DNA of 34,026 bases from a virus. Taxonomy: Duplodnaviria; Caudoviricetes. Both the position numbers and the translations under genes were made by a program. The stretch spans positions 1 through 34,026 of the IMG/VR virus record IMGVR_UViG_3300049182_000057. The stretch is one strand, 5' to 3'. Below the pieces are notes generated by a model. The model saw only the letters and a program-made list of their open reading frames with translations. It made no database searches and was not told the DNA's origin. Below are positions 1-6,458 of this stretch, one piece after another; within the stretch, counting starts at the first letter, position 1, and each line of letters starts with the position of its first letter.

Positions 1-207
1 CCATAGTTCCCGGTGCTGGACGCAGCGCCTTGGGTCCCGGTGCTGGACGCAGCGCCATAGTTCCCGGTGCTGGACGCAGCGCCATAGTTCCCGGTGCTGG
101 ACGCAGCGCCTTGGTACCCGGTGCTGGACGCAGCGCCATAGTCCCCGGTGCTGGACGCAGCGCCTTGGGTCCCGGTGCTGGACGCAGCGCCTTGGTACCC
201 GGTGCTG
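1..207. repeat. 27-bp coding tandem repeat, at least 7 full copies (21 invariant bp CCCGGTGCTGGACGCAGCGCC plus 6 variable bp)
   Basis: Units start at 9, 36, 63, 90, 117, 144, 171 and 198 (last one partial). Variable hexamers encode TQ, NY, YQ or DY on the minus strand. Confidence 0.95.
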
Positions 208-566
208 TGATTCTCGTCGCTCTTTGTGGCGCGCGACCAGACATAATCCCATGCGCGCTTCACAAGATCATGGATCGTTAGTTCGACGCCAATGGTGATT
301 ACTGCAGAAGCGAGCTTCGTTCCGCCGTTACTTGTCGCACCCGACTGGCGCACCTCGCAGAACCGCGATCCAGCAGGAGGATAGAACTCAAACACCGAGA
401 ACGGGTGATGCTCGACAGGGCAGGCGTGGAATCCTGAAGCGCACTGCTCAACATCACCATCGTGCGTGTAGGTCTTGCCGACCTCGAACTGGAAGCCACG
501 GCACTTCAGGTCTTTGTCGAAACCTTTGATCGAAACGATTTCTGAAGGCTGCTTGGCCTTGGCCAT
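1..566 (-). CDS. Phage repeat protein (DUF7666-like N-terminal domain plus 9-aa GAASSTGxx repeats); 3' end runs off the window
   Basis: Missing from the ORF track. ATG at 566 with GGAG SD; translates [50 protein letters not shown]...HSTGYQ(GAASSTGxx)n and stays open to position 1. [20 protein letters not shown]...GFHAC is a common phage domain. Confidence 0.85.
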   Translation of the reverse strand, partial: MAKAKQPSEIVSIKGFDKDLKCRGFQFEVGKTYTHDGDVEQCASGFHACPVEHHPFSVFEFYPPAGSRFCEVRQSGATSNGGTKLASAVITIGVELTIHDLVKRAWDYVWSRATKSDENHSTGYQGAASSTGTQGAASSTGDYGAASSTGYQGAASSTGNYGAASSTGNYGAASSTGTQGAASSTGNY

Positions 567-594
567 GAAAATCTCCATTTGAATTTGGGGTGCC

Positions 595-978
595 TCAGCG
601 CCCCTCGGCGCGGGCGATGGCGGCGGTGGAGGTTGGCGATACCCGCCGGATCTGCTCGGTGATCCCACGCAGTCGTTCGCGGGCTCCCTTGAGCCGCTCT
701 TCCAGAGCGCGCACGTCCTCGACGGCCCGCTTTTCGTCCCACATCAATTCAAACAGGGATTTGGCCGGCAGCCCATAATTGGCGGCCATTGCCTCCCTGA
801 TCTCGTTAAGGGTGCCGCGCCCGAGTTCCGGGCATCTCAGCAGTTCTGCATCTTTGGCGTCGTAAACATCGCCGGCGGTATAGAACATGCCGCGCCGAAG
901 AGCGTTGTAGGCGCGCGTCGGCAGGCCCATGTCCTCCAGCTTGATCGAGCGCCAGTCGCTATGCCCTACTTCACTCAT
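595..978 (-). CDS. RNA polymerase alpha-subunit CTD-like protein with C-terminal coiled coil
   Basis: LEDMGLPTRAYNALRRG...GDV...ELLRCPELGRGTLNEIREAM matches the alpha-CTD pattern. ATG 978 has a GGAGG-like SD, so it is preferred over the track start at 1026. Confidence 0.8.
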   Translation of the reverse strand: MSEVGHSDWRSIKLEDMGLPTRAYNALRRGMFYTAGDVYDAKDAELLRCPELGRGTLNEIREAMAANYGLPAKSLFELMWDEKRAVEDVRALEERLKGARERLRGITEQIRRVSPTSTAAIARAEGR

Positions 979-1011
979 CTCCACCCTCCATGCGGCGGCT
1001 TGTGGGGAGGA

Positions 1012-1028
1012 GTTTGCACACAGCAAAC
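1012..1028. promoter_or_regulatory. Operator OL1 (GTTTGC-N5-GCAAAC) overlapping leftward promoter PL (TTGACG 1039-1034, N17, CAAACT 1016-1011)
   Basis: Perfect-arm palindrome that recurs at 1047-1063 and 2717-2733. Confidence 0.75.
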
Positions 1029-1046
1029 AAAGGCGTCAAGCAGAAA

Positions 1047-1063
1047 GTTTGCGCTGGGCAAAC
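1047..1063. promoter_or_regulatory. Operator OL2 (GTTTGC-GCTGG-GCAAAC)
   Basis: Same palindrome as OL1 and OR. Confidence 0.75.
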
Positions 1064-1069
1064 ATTTTC

Positions 1070-1098
1070 TCGACGCGCGCGAATCAGGGTGCTATGTG
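1070..1098 (+). promoter_or_regulatory. Candidate rightward sigma70-type promoter (TCGACG-N17-TATGTG) with a GANTC site in the spacer
   Basis: Spacing read directly; resembles alphaproteobacterial RpoD promoters. GAATC at 1081-1085. Confidence 0.4.
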
Positions 1099-1124
1099 AT
1101 GGTTGCGGTGAAGAGGCCCGAAAG

Positions 1125-1154
1125 CCCCTGGCGGTGTTAGCGCACCGCCAGGGG
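1125..1154 (-). terminator. 12-bp perfect hairpin just 3' of the small peptide gene
   Basis: CCCCTGGCGGTG-ttagcg-CACCGCCAGGGG; only a short U tract on the minus strand. Confidence 0.55.
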
Positions 1155-1158
1155 TGGT

Positions 1159-1257
1159 TCAGATGAGAAGGAAGGCGAGGATGGCGAGTGCCCGAAAGCA
1201 AGCTGCCACGTCACACTTCACATCAATCGTCACCGTAATCGTGTTCCGGGATTTCAT
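1159..1257 (-). CDS. 32-aa hydrophobic peptide, type I toxin-like (MKSRNTITVTIDVKCDVAACFRALAILAFLLI)
   Basis: Below the ORF-track cutoff. ATG 1257, TGA 1159-1161, GGGGG SD, hydrophobic C-terminal helix, hairpin directly downstream. Confidence 0.6.
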   Translation of the reverse strand: MKSRNTITVTIDVKCDVAACFRALAILAFLLI

Positions 1258-1261
1258 TTGA

Positions 1262-1550
1262 GAGCCCCCGGTCCACGGCGCGCCGCAGACCAAAGGTTGC
1301 GGTGTTGGCCCCGGACGAACGGAATAACCGCCGTTCACCGGATGATCGGCCCACCATTAGCGTTCATGACCGCCTCTGATGGTGGTCGTTGCACTCCATT
1401 CCAGCGAGGCCGGCGGCACCATTTACCTGTCGCCCGTTTGGCTGGTCTAGACGACCTGTGTCGCAGGAGACGAGATGGCTTCCAGTGCATGGAAGGGTCG
1501 CCCCGAGCAACGAGCCTATGGTGGGCCGAACTCGTTTCGGAGTCGAGCCC
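1262..1550 (+). ncRNA. Putative structured RNA (multibranch fold closed by a 12-bp helix, 1346-1357 with 1518-1529)
   Basis: TCGGCCCACCAT/ATGGTGGGCCGA enclose several hairpins whose imperfect pairs are G-U on the + strand. No convincing ORF. Confidence 0.45.
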
Positions 1551-1579
1551 CAACGTAACCCAGCTGGGTGGCGTCTGAA

Positions 1580-1921
1580 CTACATCTCACGCCGCTCCAC
1601 CATCCCCGCCAACCTCAAAAGCTCGCCACGCAGATGCTCGGCAAGGCCCTTAGGGTTGCTGCCTTTGGTGAACGCCTTCTCAATCTCACGCTCGAACCAT
1701 GCGAGGCTAGGGACTGGTTGCCGCCCGAGGAGGGCATCGGCTGACACGCCCAGCACGTCACACAGGCCGACAAGATCGTCGAGAGTGCCGGGCGTCCGCG
1801 TGCCCCGCTCCCATCGTTGGATGGTCGGCTGATCGTGTCCCAGCAGCTCGGCGACGCGTTCCTGGGTCAATCCTCTTGCCTTGCGCGCGGCCTTCATAAC
1901 CGCTGAATCGAGGATCGCCAT
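1580..1921 (-). CDS. XRE-family HTH regulator, paralog of the repressor
   Basis: KAARKARGLTQERVAELLGHDQPTIQRWERGTRTP is a clear HTH_3 pattern. Confidence 0.88.
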   Translation of the reverse strand: MAILDSAVMKAARKARGLTQERVAELLGHDQPTIQRWERGTRTPGTLDDLVGLCDVLGVSADALLGRQPVPSLAWFEREIEKAFTKGSNPKGLAEHLRGELLRLAGMVERREM

Positions 1922-1947
1922 GGCGCGGCGGATGCCATGCGAATATT

Positions 1948-2040
1948 TTAACGAACACTACCGCAACGGAATGATTTTGTTAACGATTCCCCATCACTGA
2001 ATTGAATGTCAGTAAGGAATTTTAACGCCGGTTAACGATT
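1948..2040. promoter_or_regulatory. Cluster of four TTAACG direct repeats (1948, 1980, 2022, 2032)
   Basis: Seen directly; GTTAACGATT occurs twice (1979-1988, 2031-2040) in an AT-rich intergenic region. Confidence 0.5.
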
Positions 2041-2072
2041 GCCATTTCCTACATGGAGAGGCAATCAATATA

Positions 2073-2087
2073 GAACACAAGTGGAAC
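2073..2087 (+). promoter_or_regulatory. Alphaproteobacterial LexA (SOS) box GAAC-N7-GAAC
   Basis: GAAC-acaagtg-GAAC overlaps a candidate -10 (TATAGA 2069-2074), 26 bp upstream of ORF 2113. Confidence 0.75.
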
Positions 2088-2112
2088 AAACGACTCAGGA
2101 GCGGGGGCTCTG

Positions 2113-2424
2113 ATGATAGGAAAATCCGCTATAGGCCATGGGCTGGCATTGGCTGAGCCTGCATGTGAAGTAGGATGCCAGACCTGCCTTATGCAGTGCG
2201 CCGCGCTGCCGGCTCGGATCGCTTGGTGGCAGGGGGAGGTTGAGCGCCTTTGTCGCGGCGCTTCGATGTCTCCGAGACGACTCCGGCGGAATTGGATCGA
2301 ACACCTGCGTATAGCGCAAGCTGCGTTAGCAAACTTGACGCAACGGCTCGCGGATAGTCCCCGCGCGTCATCTCCATCGGGAGTTCCCGCTGCGCAATCT
2401 CGAGCATCTGCTCAAGCTCATTAG
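2113..2424 (+). CDS. Putative SOS-inducible Cys-rich protein (candidate antirepressor), antisense-overlapping the cI 3' half
   Basis: Purine-rich SD (GGAGCGGGGG), SOS box upstream, CxxxCxxCxxxC motif followed by amphipathic helices. Confidence 0.5.
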   Translation: MIGKSAIGHGLALAEPACEVGCQTCLMQCAALPARIAWWQGEVERLCRGASMSPRRLRRNWIEHLRIAQAALANLTQRLADSPRASSPSGVPAAQSRASAQAH

Positions 2425-2647
2425 CGGTCGGGACCTTTGGCGGCCCGTCAAGAACCGCCCCAGGGGAAACTCCAAGCGCCTTGGCGAAGTCGAGTAGCCG
2501 CTCCAACGAAAATCCGCGCGTCTCCGATTCAATCGCGCTGACCGTTCCTTTTGATGCTGGCGGCTCTAGCGCATCGCCGAGCTGCTGAAGCGTCCAGCCC
2601 TTTTGCTGGCGCCAGTATCGTATTCGGTTCGGAACTCCCTTCGCCAT
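2189..2647 (-). CDS. cI: CI-like XRE repressor without S24 peptidase domain
   Basis: NRIRYWRQQKGWTLQQLGDAL...SKGTVSAIESETRGFSLERL HTH; divergent from cro. Start reassigned to ATG 2647. Confidence 0.82.
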   Translation of the reverse strand: MAKGVPNRIRYWRQQKGWTLQQLGDALEPPASKGTVSAIESETRGFSLERLLDFAKALGVSPGAVLDGPPKVPTANELEQMLEIAQRELPMEMTRGDYPRAVASSLLTQLALYAGVRSNSAGVVSETSKRRDKGAQPPPATKRSEPAARRTA

Positions 2648-2706
2648 GCTTGGCTTGTGGCAGAAAGCAGGACGGCTGGCGTTATCACCCCAGCAAACTT
2701 TTGCGC

Positions 2707-2734
2707 TTGCAATTGGGTTTGCGCTATGCAAACT
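2707..2734 (+). promoter_or_regulatory. PR promoter (TTGCAA-N16-CAAACT) with operator OR GTTTGC-GCTAT-GCAAAC (2717-2733)
   Basis: Same operator/-10 overlap as at PL. The cro ATG lies 8 nt after the -10, so the mRNA is probably leaderless. Confidence 0.7.
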
Positions 2735-2741
2735 TTCACCC

Positions 2742-2951
2742 ATGGAAACCTCACATAGACCCACGGAGTTTGCTGCCAAGGTCGGCATCAGCGTTCCCTA
2801 CGCCAGCCAAATCTTGCGCGGCGTCCGCGAGCCTTCGCGTCCTCTCGCCATCAGCATATGGCGAAAGACTGGCATAAAGTTTCCGCCGATCGCGGACCTT
2901 TCAGAGGCTGACATCGACACGCTCGCCCGCATCGAGGGTGTGGCCGCATGA
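2742..2951 (+). CDS. cro: Cro-like HTH protein
   Basis: PTEFAAKVGISVPYASQILRGVREPS HTH; 69 aa; divergent from cI. Confidence 0.82.
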   Translation: METSHRPTEFAAKVGISVPYASQILRGVREPSRPLAISIWRKTGIKFPPIADLSEADIDTLARIEGVAA

Positions 2952-2984
2952 TCCCCACAGCACGCAAAGCTACCGGAACTAGTC

Positions 2985-3209
2985 ATGGATGACGGCGCCG
3001 CGATCACGCTCACCCTGTCCGCCATCGGACTCAGCACCCTCCTCTGCGCCCTGATCTACGCCTGGGAGAAGCGGAAGTACCCCGGCGACTATTTCACCCG
3101 CCACTTCCCCGACGCTCCTGAACCGAAGGCTGAGCCTGTCTCTCCCGAGGAGGCGGTCCGGCTGCTGGAGGGTGTTTTCGATATCCATAATGGAGAGGCT
3201 TCTAAATGA
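2985..3209 (+). CDS. Small membrane protein, hypothetical
   Basis: N-terminal TM segment AITLTLSAIGLSTLLCALIYAW; ATGA overlap with the next gene. Confidence 0.6.
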   Translation: MDDGAAITLTLSAIGLSTLLCALIYAWEKRKYPGDYFTRHFPDAPEPKAEPVSPEEAVRLLEGVFDIHNGEASK

Positions 3210-3706
3210 CGCAGCGCAGCAAGGTCCTCCCGTCCGGCAAAAGGTTAACGGAAGAAGACGCCCGCCGCGCGCTCTCCTTCGGGCTTTTGCGTCTCACATC
3301 GGAACACGGGCCGTCGCGCGTTGGCCTTGAGGCGGGATGCGATGAAAAGACGATCCGGAACGCGCGCGATCAGAAATCGACGCTTCGGCTCGATCTCGCG
3401 TTGAACCTGCTTGCCCTTGAACCGACCGCGCTCGACGAGTTGTTTGCGGCGATCGGATTCAGGCTCGCTCCGCTTCATTCTTCCTCGGCCAATGATCTCC
3501 ACACCGCCGCCGGCCTTCTGGATGGCGCGTCCGAGATGATCCGGGCGCACGAGGATGGCGACCGCAGCCGGGCGGAAACCATCCGCATAGCAGACAAGCT
3601 GCGGCCGCACTTGCCCGCCGCCTTGGCGATCGTTCGCGAGGCCGACGAAATGCGCGGCGTAACATCTTTCGCGCCGCGCGCCCACAACGCGCAGGACGTT
3701 GCGTGA
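3206..3706 (+). CDS. CII-like HTH regulatory protein
   Basis: Position after cro; GPSRVGLEAGCDEKTIRNAR HTH-like segment; GGAGAGG SD. Confidence 0.6.
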   Translation: MTQRSKVLPSGKRLTEEDARRALSFGLLRLTSEHGPSRVGLEAGCDEKTIRNARDQKSTLRLDLALNLLALEPTALDELFAAIGFRLAPLHSSSANDLHTAAGLLDGASEMIRAHEDGDRSRAETIRIADKLRPHLPAALAIVREADEMRGVTSFAPRAHNAQDVA

Positions 3707-3729
3707 AATCCGAGGCCATAGGAGGGGCT

Positions 3730-4446
3730 ATGTCCGTTGAGCGCAAAAACTGGTCTCCAGAAGAAACCGCCTATCTCACCCGCGCGGTAGACCAAGGGCG
3801 ATCGGACGCTTTCATAGCCGAAGCTCTTGGTCGCGCCCAATCTGCGGTCATCAGCAAGCGCCAGCACATGGGCCTGCTTACCAAAGCGATGTCTCCGCGA
3901 AAGATGCCCACGCTGCGAGCGGTTCCTGATGACTGGGCGCAGGTCGCTCCGACCATGTACTGCATCGGGCTGCGCAAGCATTACGGCACAAGCTTTGACG
4001 CTATCGAGCGGTGGGCGCGCGAGACCGGCATCCAGCCCATGCGAGCTGAGGGGCCTCGCCGCGTCCCCGCAGATTGGGTGGAGCGATGCTCCTGTACTAC
4101 CCGCCATGAATTGCAGACTGTCTATGGCGTAGGCGAGACTACCATCGCCCGCTGGGTTCGAGAGTCTGGCATTTCGCCGGTCGCCCCGAAGCGCCGTAAC
4201 CATCACCGCAAGTGGAACCCGACCACACAGAAGGCGATCCTCGTCCAGAATATCGACACCAGCCTCGTTGGCCGGGCCGCTCAATATCTCCGCAAGTGGA
4301 TGCCGGTCTACAACGCCAGCGTCGCCGACCCCAAGGCGTCCAAGGATGAATGGATCTGCGGCCGCACCCGCCTCACCACTCAGGATCTTATCGCCAAGGC
4401 TGAGAGCAAGGGCTTCGATCCTCGCGAATGGACGAGGGCCGCATGA
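3730..4446 (+). CDS. GcrA-like N-terminal domain plus two repeated HTH-like modules
   Basis: WSPEETAYLTRAVDQGRSDAFIAEALGRAQSAVISKRQHMGL resembles the GcrA N-terminus; two VPxDW...YG...IxRWxRExGI repeats; GGAGG SD. Confidence 0.6.
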   Translation: MSVERKNWSPEETAYLTRAVDQGRSDAFIAEALGRAQSAVISKRQHMGLLTKAMSPRKMPTLRAVPDDWAQVAPTMYCIGLRKHYGTSFDAIERWARETGIQPMRAEGPRRVPADWVERCSCTTRHELQTVYGVGETTIARWVRESGISPVAPKRRNHHRKWNPTTQKAILVQNIDTSLVGRAAQYLRKWMPVYNASVADPKASKDEWICGRTRLTTQDLIAKAESKGFDPREWTRAA

Positions 4447-4517
4447 CCATCAAGCAATGGCTCGCCCAACGCAAGCTCGCCCGGATCGTCATCTCGCAAG
4501 TCGGGGGCAAGGCATGA
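4443..4517 (+). CDS. 24-aa peptide MTIKQWLAQRKLARIVISQVGGKA
   Basis: ATGA-coupled to both neighbours. Confidence 0.45.
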   Translation: MTIKQWLAQRKLARIVISQVGGKA

Positions 4518-4933
4518 AATACCTTTTCCACGTCGATGATCGCTCTGTGGCCGATCAAGGCGACGAGCTGTCCATCCAGGTCCGCTTCCGCAGCCGCATG
4601 AAGATGCTGGCCCCATCGGTGCGCATTGTCGCGACGCCCAATGCCGGCAAGCGTACGGCATGGGCGGCGATCAAAGCCAAGTCGGAAGGGATGGCCAAGG
4701 GCTTCCCGGACGTGAACTGCTATTGGTCCAACGGCCTCGATGAAGCGGCTGTTCCCGGCTTTGCCGTATTGGAGTTCAAGGACCGGAGCGGCTCGCTGTC
4801 TCCTGACCAGGTCGACTGGCTCAATTTCCTTCATCGCGCCGGCTTCCCCTGCGGGTGCTTCCGCTCGACAGATACGGCCATCGCCTTTCTCCGCAAACAT
4901 GGCGCTCCGTTCATCATGCAGGAGGCTGCATGA
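4514..4933 (+). CDS. VRR-NUC domain nuclease (resolvase-like)
   Basis: PNAGKR...KSEGMAKGFPD...LEFK...GSLSPDQVDW...GF pattern. Confidence 0.85.
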   Translation: MKYLFHVDDRSVADQGDELSIQVRFRSRMKMLAPSVRIVATPNAGKRTAWAAIKAKSEGMAKGFPDVNCYWSNGLDEAAVPGFAVLEFKDRSGSLSPDQVDWLNFLHRAGFPCGCFRSTDTAIAFLRKHGAPFIMQEAA

Positions 4934-5355
4934 CGGATCTGTTTTCCTCCTACGCTGAGCAGGCCACCCCTGCGCCAGTGCGGCGAAAGCAGGAAGACAA
5001 GCCGCTGTCCGCGCTCGACAAGAAGATGGCGGAAAAGCAGCGGCTGTCCCGCGCTTACCGGATATGGAAGCGCGAGCAGCGGCGGGAAGTCTTCATTGCC
5101 GAACCGCGGATGCGTGACTTCATGCGCTATGTCGGCCGCGTCCGTGATGGCGATGAACTGATAGAGGCTATCGCCGAAAGCTGGCTCCCGGCGTCGGCGC
5201 AGTCTGTTCGGTTGCTGGCTCTGGAACTGGTCTCGCGTCGCTGTGATCGGCTGAACCGCAGTGCTGGATTCGAGGCGCTGGACGATCCACTGCCGCCGAC
5301 CACAAGCGTCTATTTCAGGGCGCGGCACCTGCTCCATGAAGGAGGCAGGGCATGA
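4930..5355 (+). CDS. Hypothetical phage protein
   Basis: GGAGG SD and ATGA coupling; start MTDLF. Confidence 0.7.
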   Translation: MTDLFSSYAEQATPAPVRRKQEDKPLSALDKKMAEKQRLSRAYRIWKREQRREVFIAEPRMRDFMRYVGRVRDGDELIEAIAESWLPASAQSVRLLALELVSRRCDRLNRSAGFEALDDPLPPTTSVYFRARHLLHEGGRA

Positions 5356-5666
5356 ACCCCTTTGAGGCATACGCCAAATCAGCGCACTCCCGCATCTCGC
5401 AGCCACAAGCATTACTCGGGCCGATAAAGCTTCGCGCAGACGCTCGCTCACGGTATGCTGAAATAGTGAGCGAGCTTCACGGCTTCACGGACCCGGAAAA
5501 TCTTGAAATCTATTTGATGGGTATCGAGAAAGAATTGATCCAGTTCCAAACGGAACTAGACTTTTATTGGGAAGGTGACGGCGCTGACATGCGCGGCCTT
5601 GCAAAAGAGATCGAGTGGGCGCGTGCCCGCGTCGATGACCACTTGGACTTGCCCAGGTGGGGTTGA
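5352..5666 (+). CDS. Hypothetical phage protein
   Basis: GGAGG SD, coupled start. Confidence 0.7.
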   Translation: MNPFEAYAKSAHSRISQPQALLGPIKLRADARSRYAEIVSELHGFTDPENLEIYLMGIEKELIQFQTELDFYWEGDGADMRGLAKEIEWARARVDDHLDLPRWG

Positions 5667-5682
5667 AGAAAGGAAGCGAAAA

Positions 5683-6375
5683 ATGAACGCAGTAATGGAA
5701 GTCAGCCAGGGTGGGGCCGTCGCCGTTCAAGGTGGCTATGATCCCTATGCAGCATACGGCCAGGAAGCCGCGAGCGGGGGCACGTTCCTCAAATTCAACA
5801 AGGGGGAATGGGTCAAGGGCCAGAATGATACCGAAGTCCCGCTCGGAACCACTCTTGTCGCCAATATGGCGGAACTGTCGATCGGATGGATTCGCTGGGC
5901 TGACGGCAGGCCCGCGGAACGTCGGCTTGGCCTGCTGGCAGGCGGCCATCGCGCAGAACCTCGTGACCAGCTCGGCTATACCGATCAGGCGCTTTGGGAA
6001 ACCGATGCCGACGGGAAGGCGCAGGATCCGTGGACGTTCACCAACGAACTCCCCGTGGTCGACCCGGAAACTGGCGAACAGCTTATGCTTTCCATGTCAT
6101 CCAAGGGCGGGATCGGGGCCATGGGCAATCTCTGCAAGGCCTATGGCAAGGAATACCGCCAACGCGATGGCCTGGTCCCGCTGATCAAGCTCGACCGCGA
6201 TAGCTACGTCCATCCCGTCTACAAGAAGGTCTACGTCCCGGTCCTCCCGATCGTGGACTGGATCGCAAACACCGGCGTGCCCTCGCCCCAGGCAAAGGAG
6301 GATGAAGAAACCGCTTCTGCGGAGAAGCCGGCGGAGCCCGCAAAGGCCGCCGCCGGCTCGAAGACCCGCTTCTGA
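5683..6375 (+). CDS. Probable phage ssDNA-binding protein
   Basis: FLKFNKGEW...GWIRW...DPW...YxPVLPIVDW; low-complexity tail ending in F; directly upstream of the primase-helicase. Confidence 0.55.
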   Translation: MNAVMEVSQGGAVAVQGGYDPYAAYGQEAASGGTFLKFNKGEWVKGQNDTEVPLGTTLVANMAELSIGWIRWADGRPAERRLGLLAGGHRAEPRDQLGYTDQALWETDADGKAQDPWTFTNELPVVDPETGEQLMLSMSSKGGIGAMGNLCKAYGKEYRQRDGLVPLIKLDRDSYVHPVYKKVYVPVLPIVDWIANTGVPSPQAKEDEETASAEKPAEPAKAAAGSKTRF

Positions 6376-6405
6376 TGAACCGTTAGGTTCAAACAAGTCA
6401 ACTCA

Positions 6406-6436
6406 GAGGTGTCGCCGATGGAAGCGGCGACACCTC
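6406..6436 (+). terminator. 12-bp hairpin before the primase gene (terminator or attenuator)
   Basis: GAGGTGTCGCCG-atggaag-CGGCGACACCTC. Confidence 0.5.
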
Positions 6437-6458
6437 CTTCTCCACACCAGGAGGCCAG

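Noticed and set aside
1-207. CRISPR array or DGR variable region
   Set aside because: Spacers are only 6 bp and recur, the period is 9 codons within an ORF, and no cas, reverse transcriptase or template repeat is present in the window.
30-281. + strand 83-aa repeat ORF in the track
   Set aside because: Shadow of the minus-strand gene, which has an SD and a recognisable domain.
1346-1529. Retron msr-msd or C4 antisense RNA
   Set aside because: No reverse transcriptase nearby. Only the ATGGTGGGCCG opening resembles C4; the rest of the C4 cloverleaf and an ash/icd gene are not evident.
2022-2035. Canonical CtrA full site
   Set aside because: The spacer is 6 bp, not 7; kept only as a repeat cluster.
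2648-2788. Long N-terminal extensions of cI and cro given in the track
   Set aside because: They overlap each other and the operator/promoter region; the HTH domains begin at ATG 2647 and 2742.
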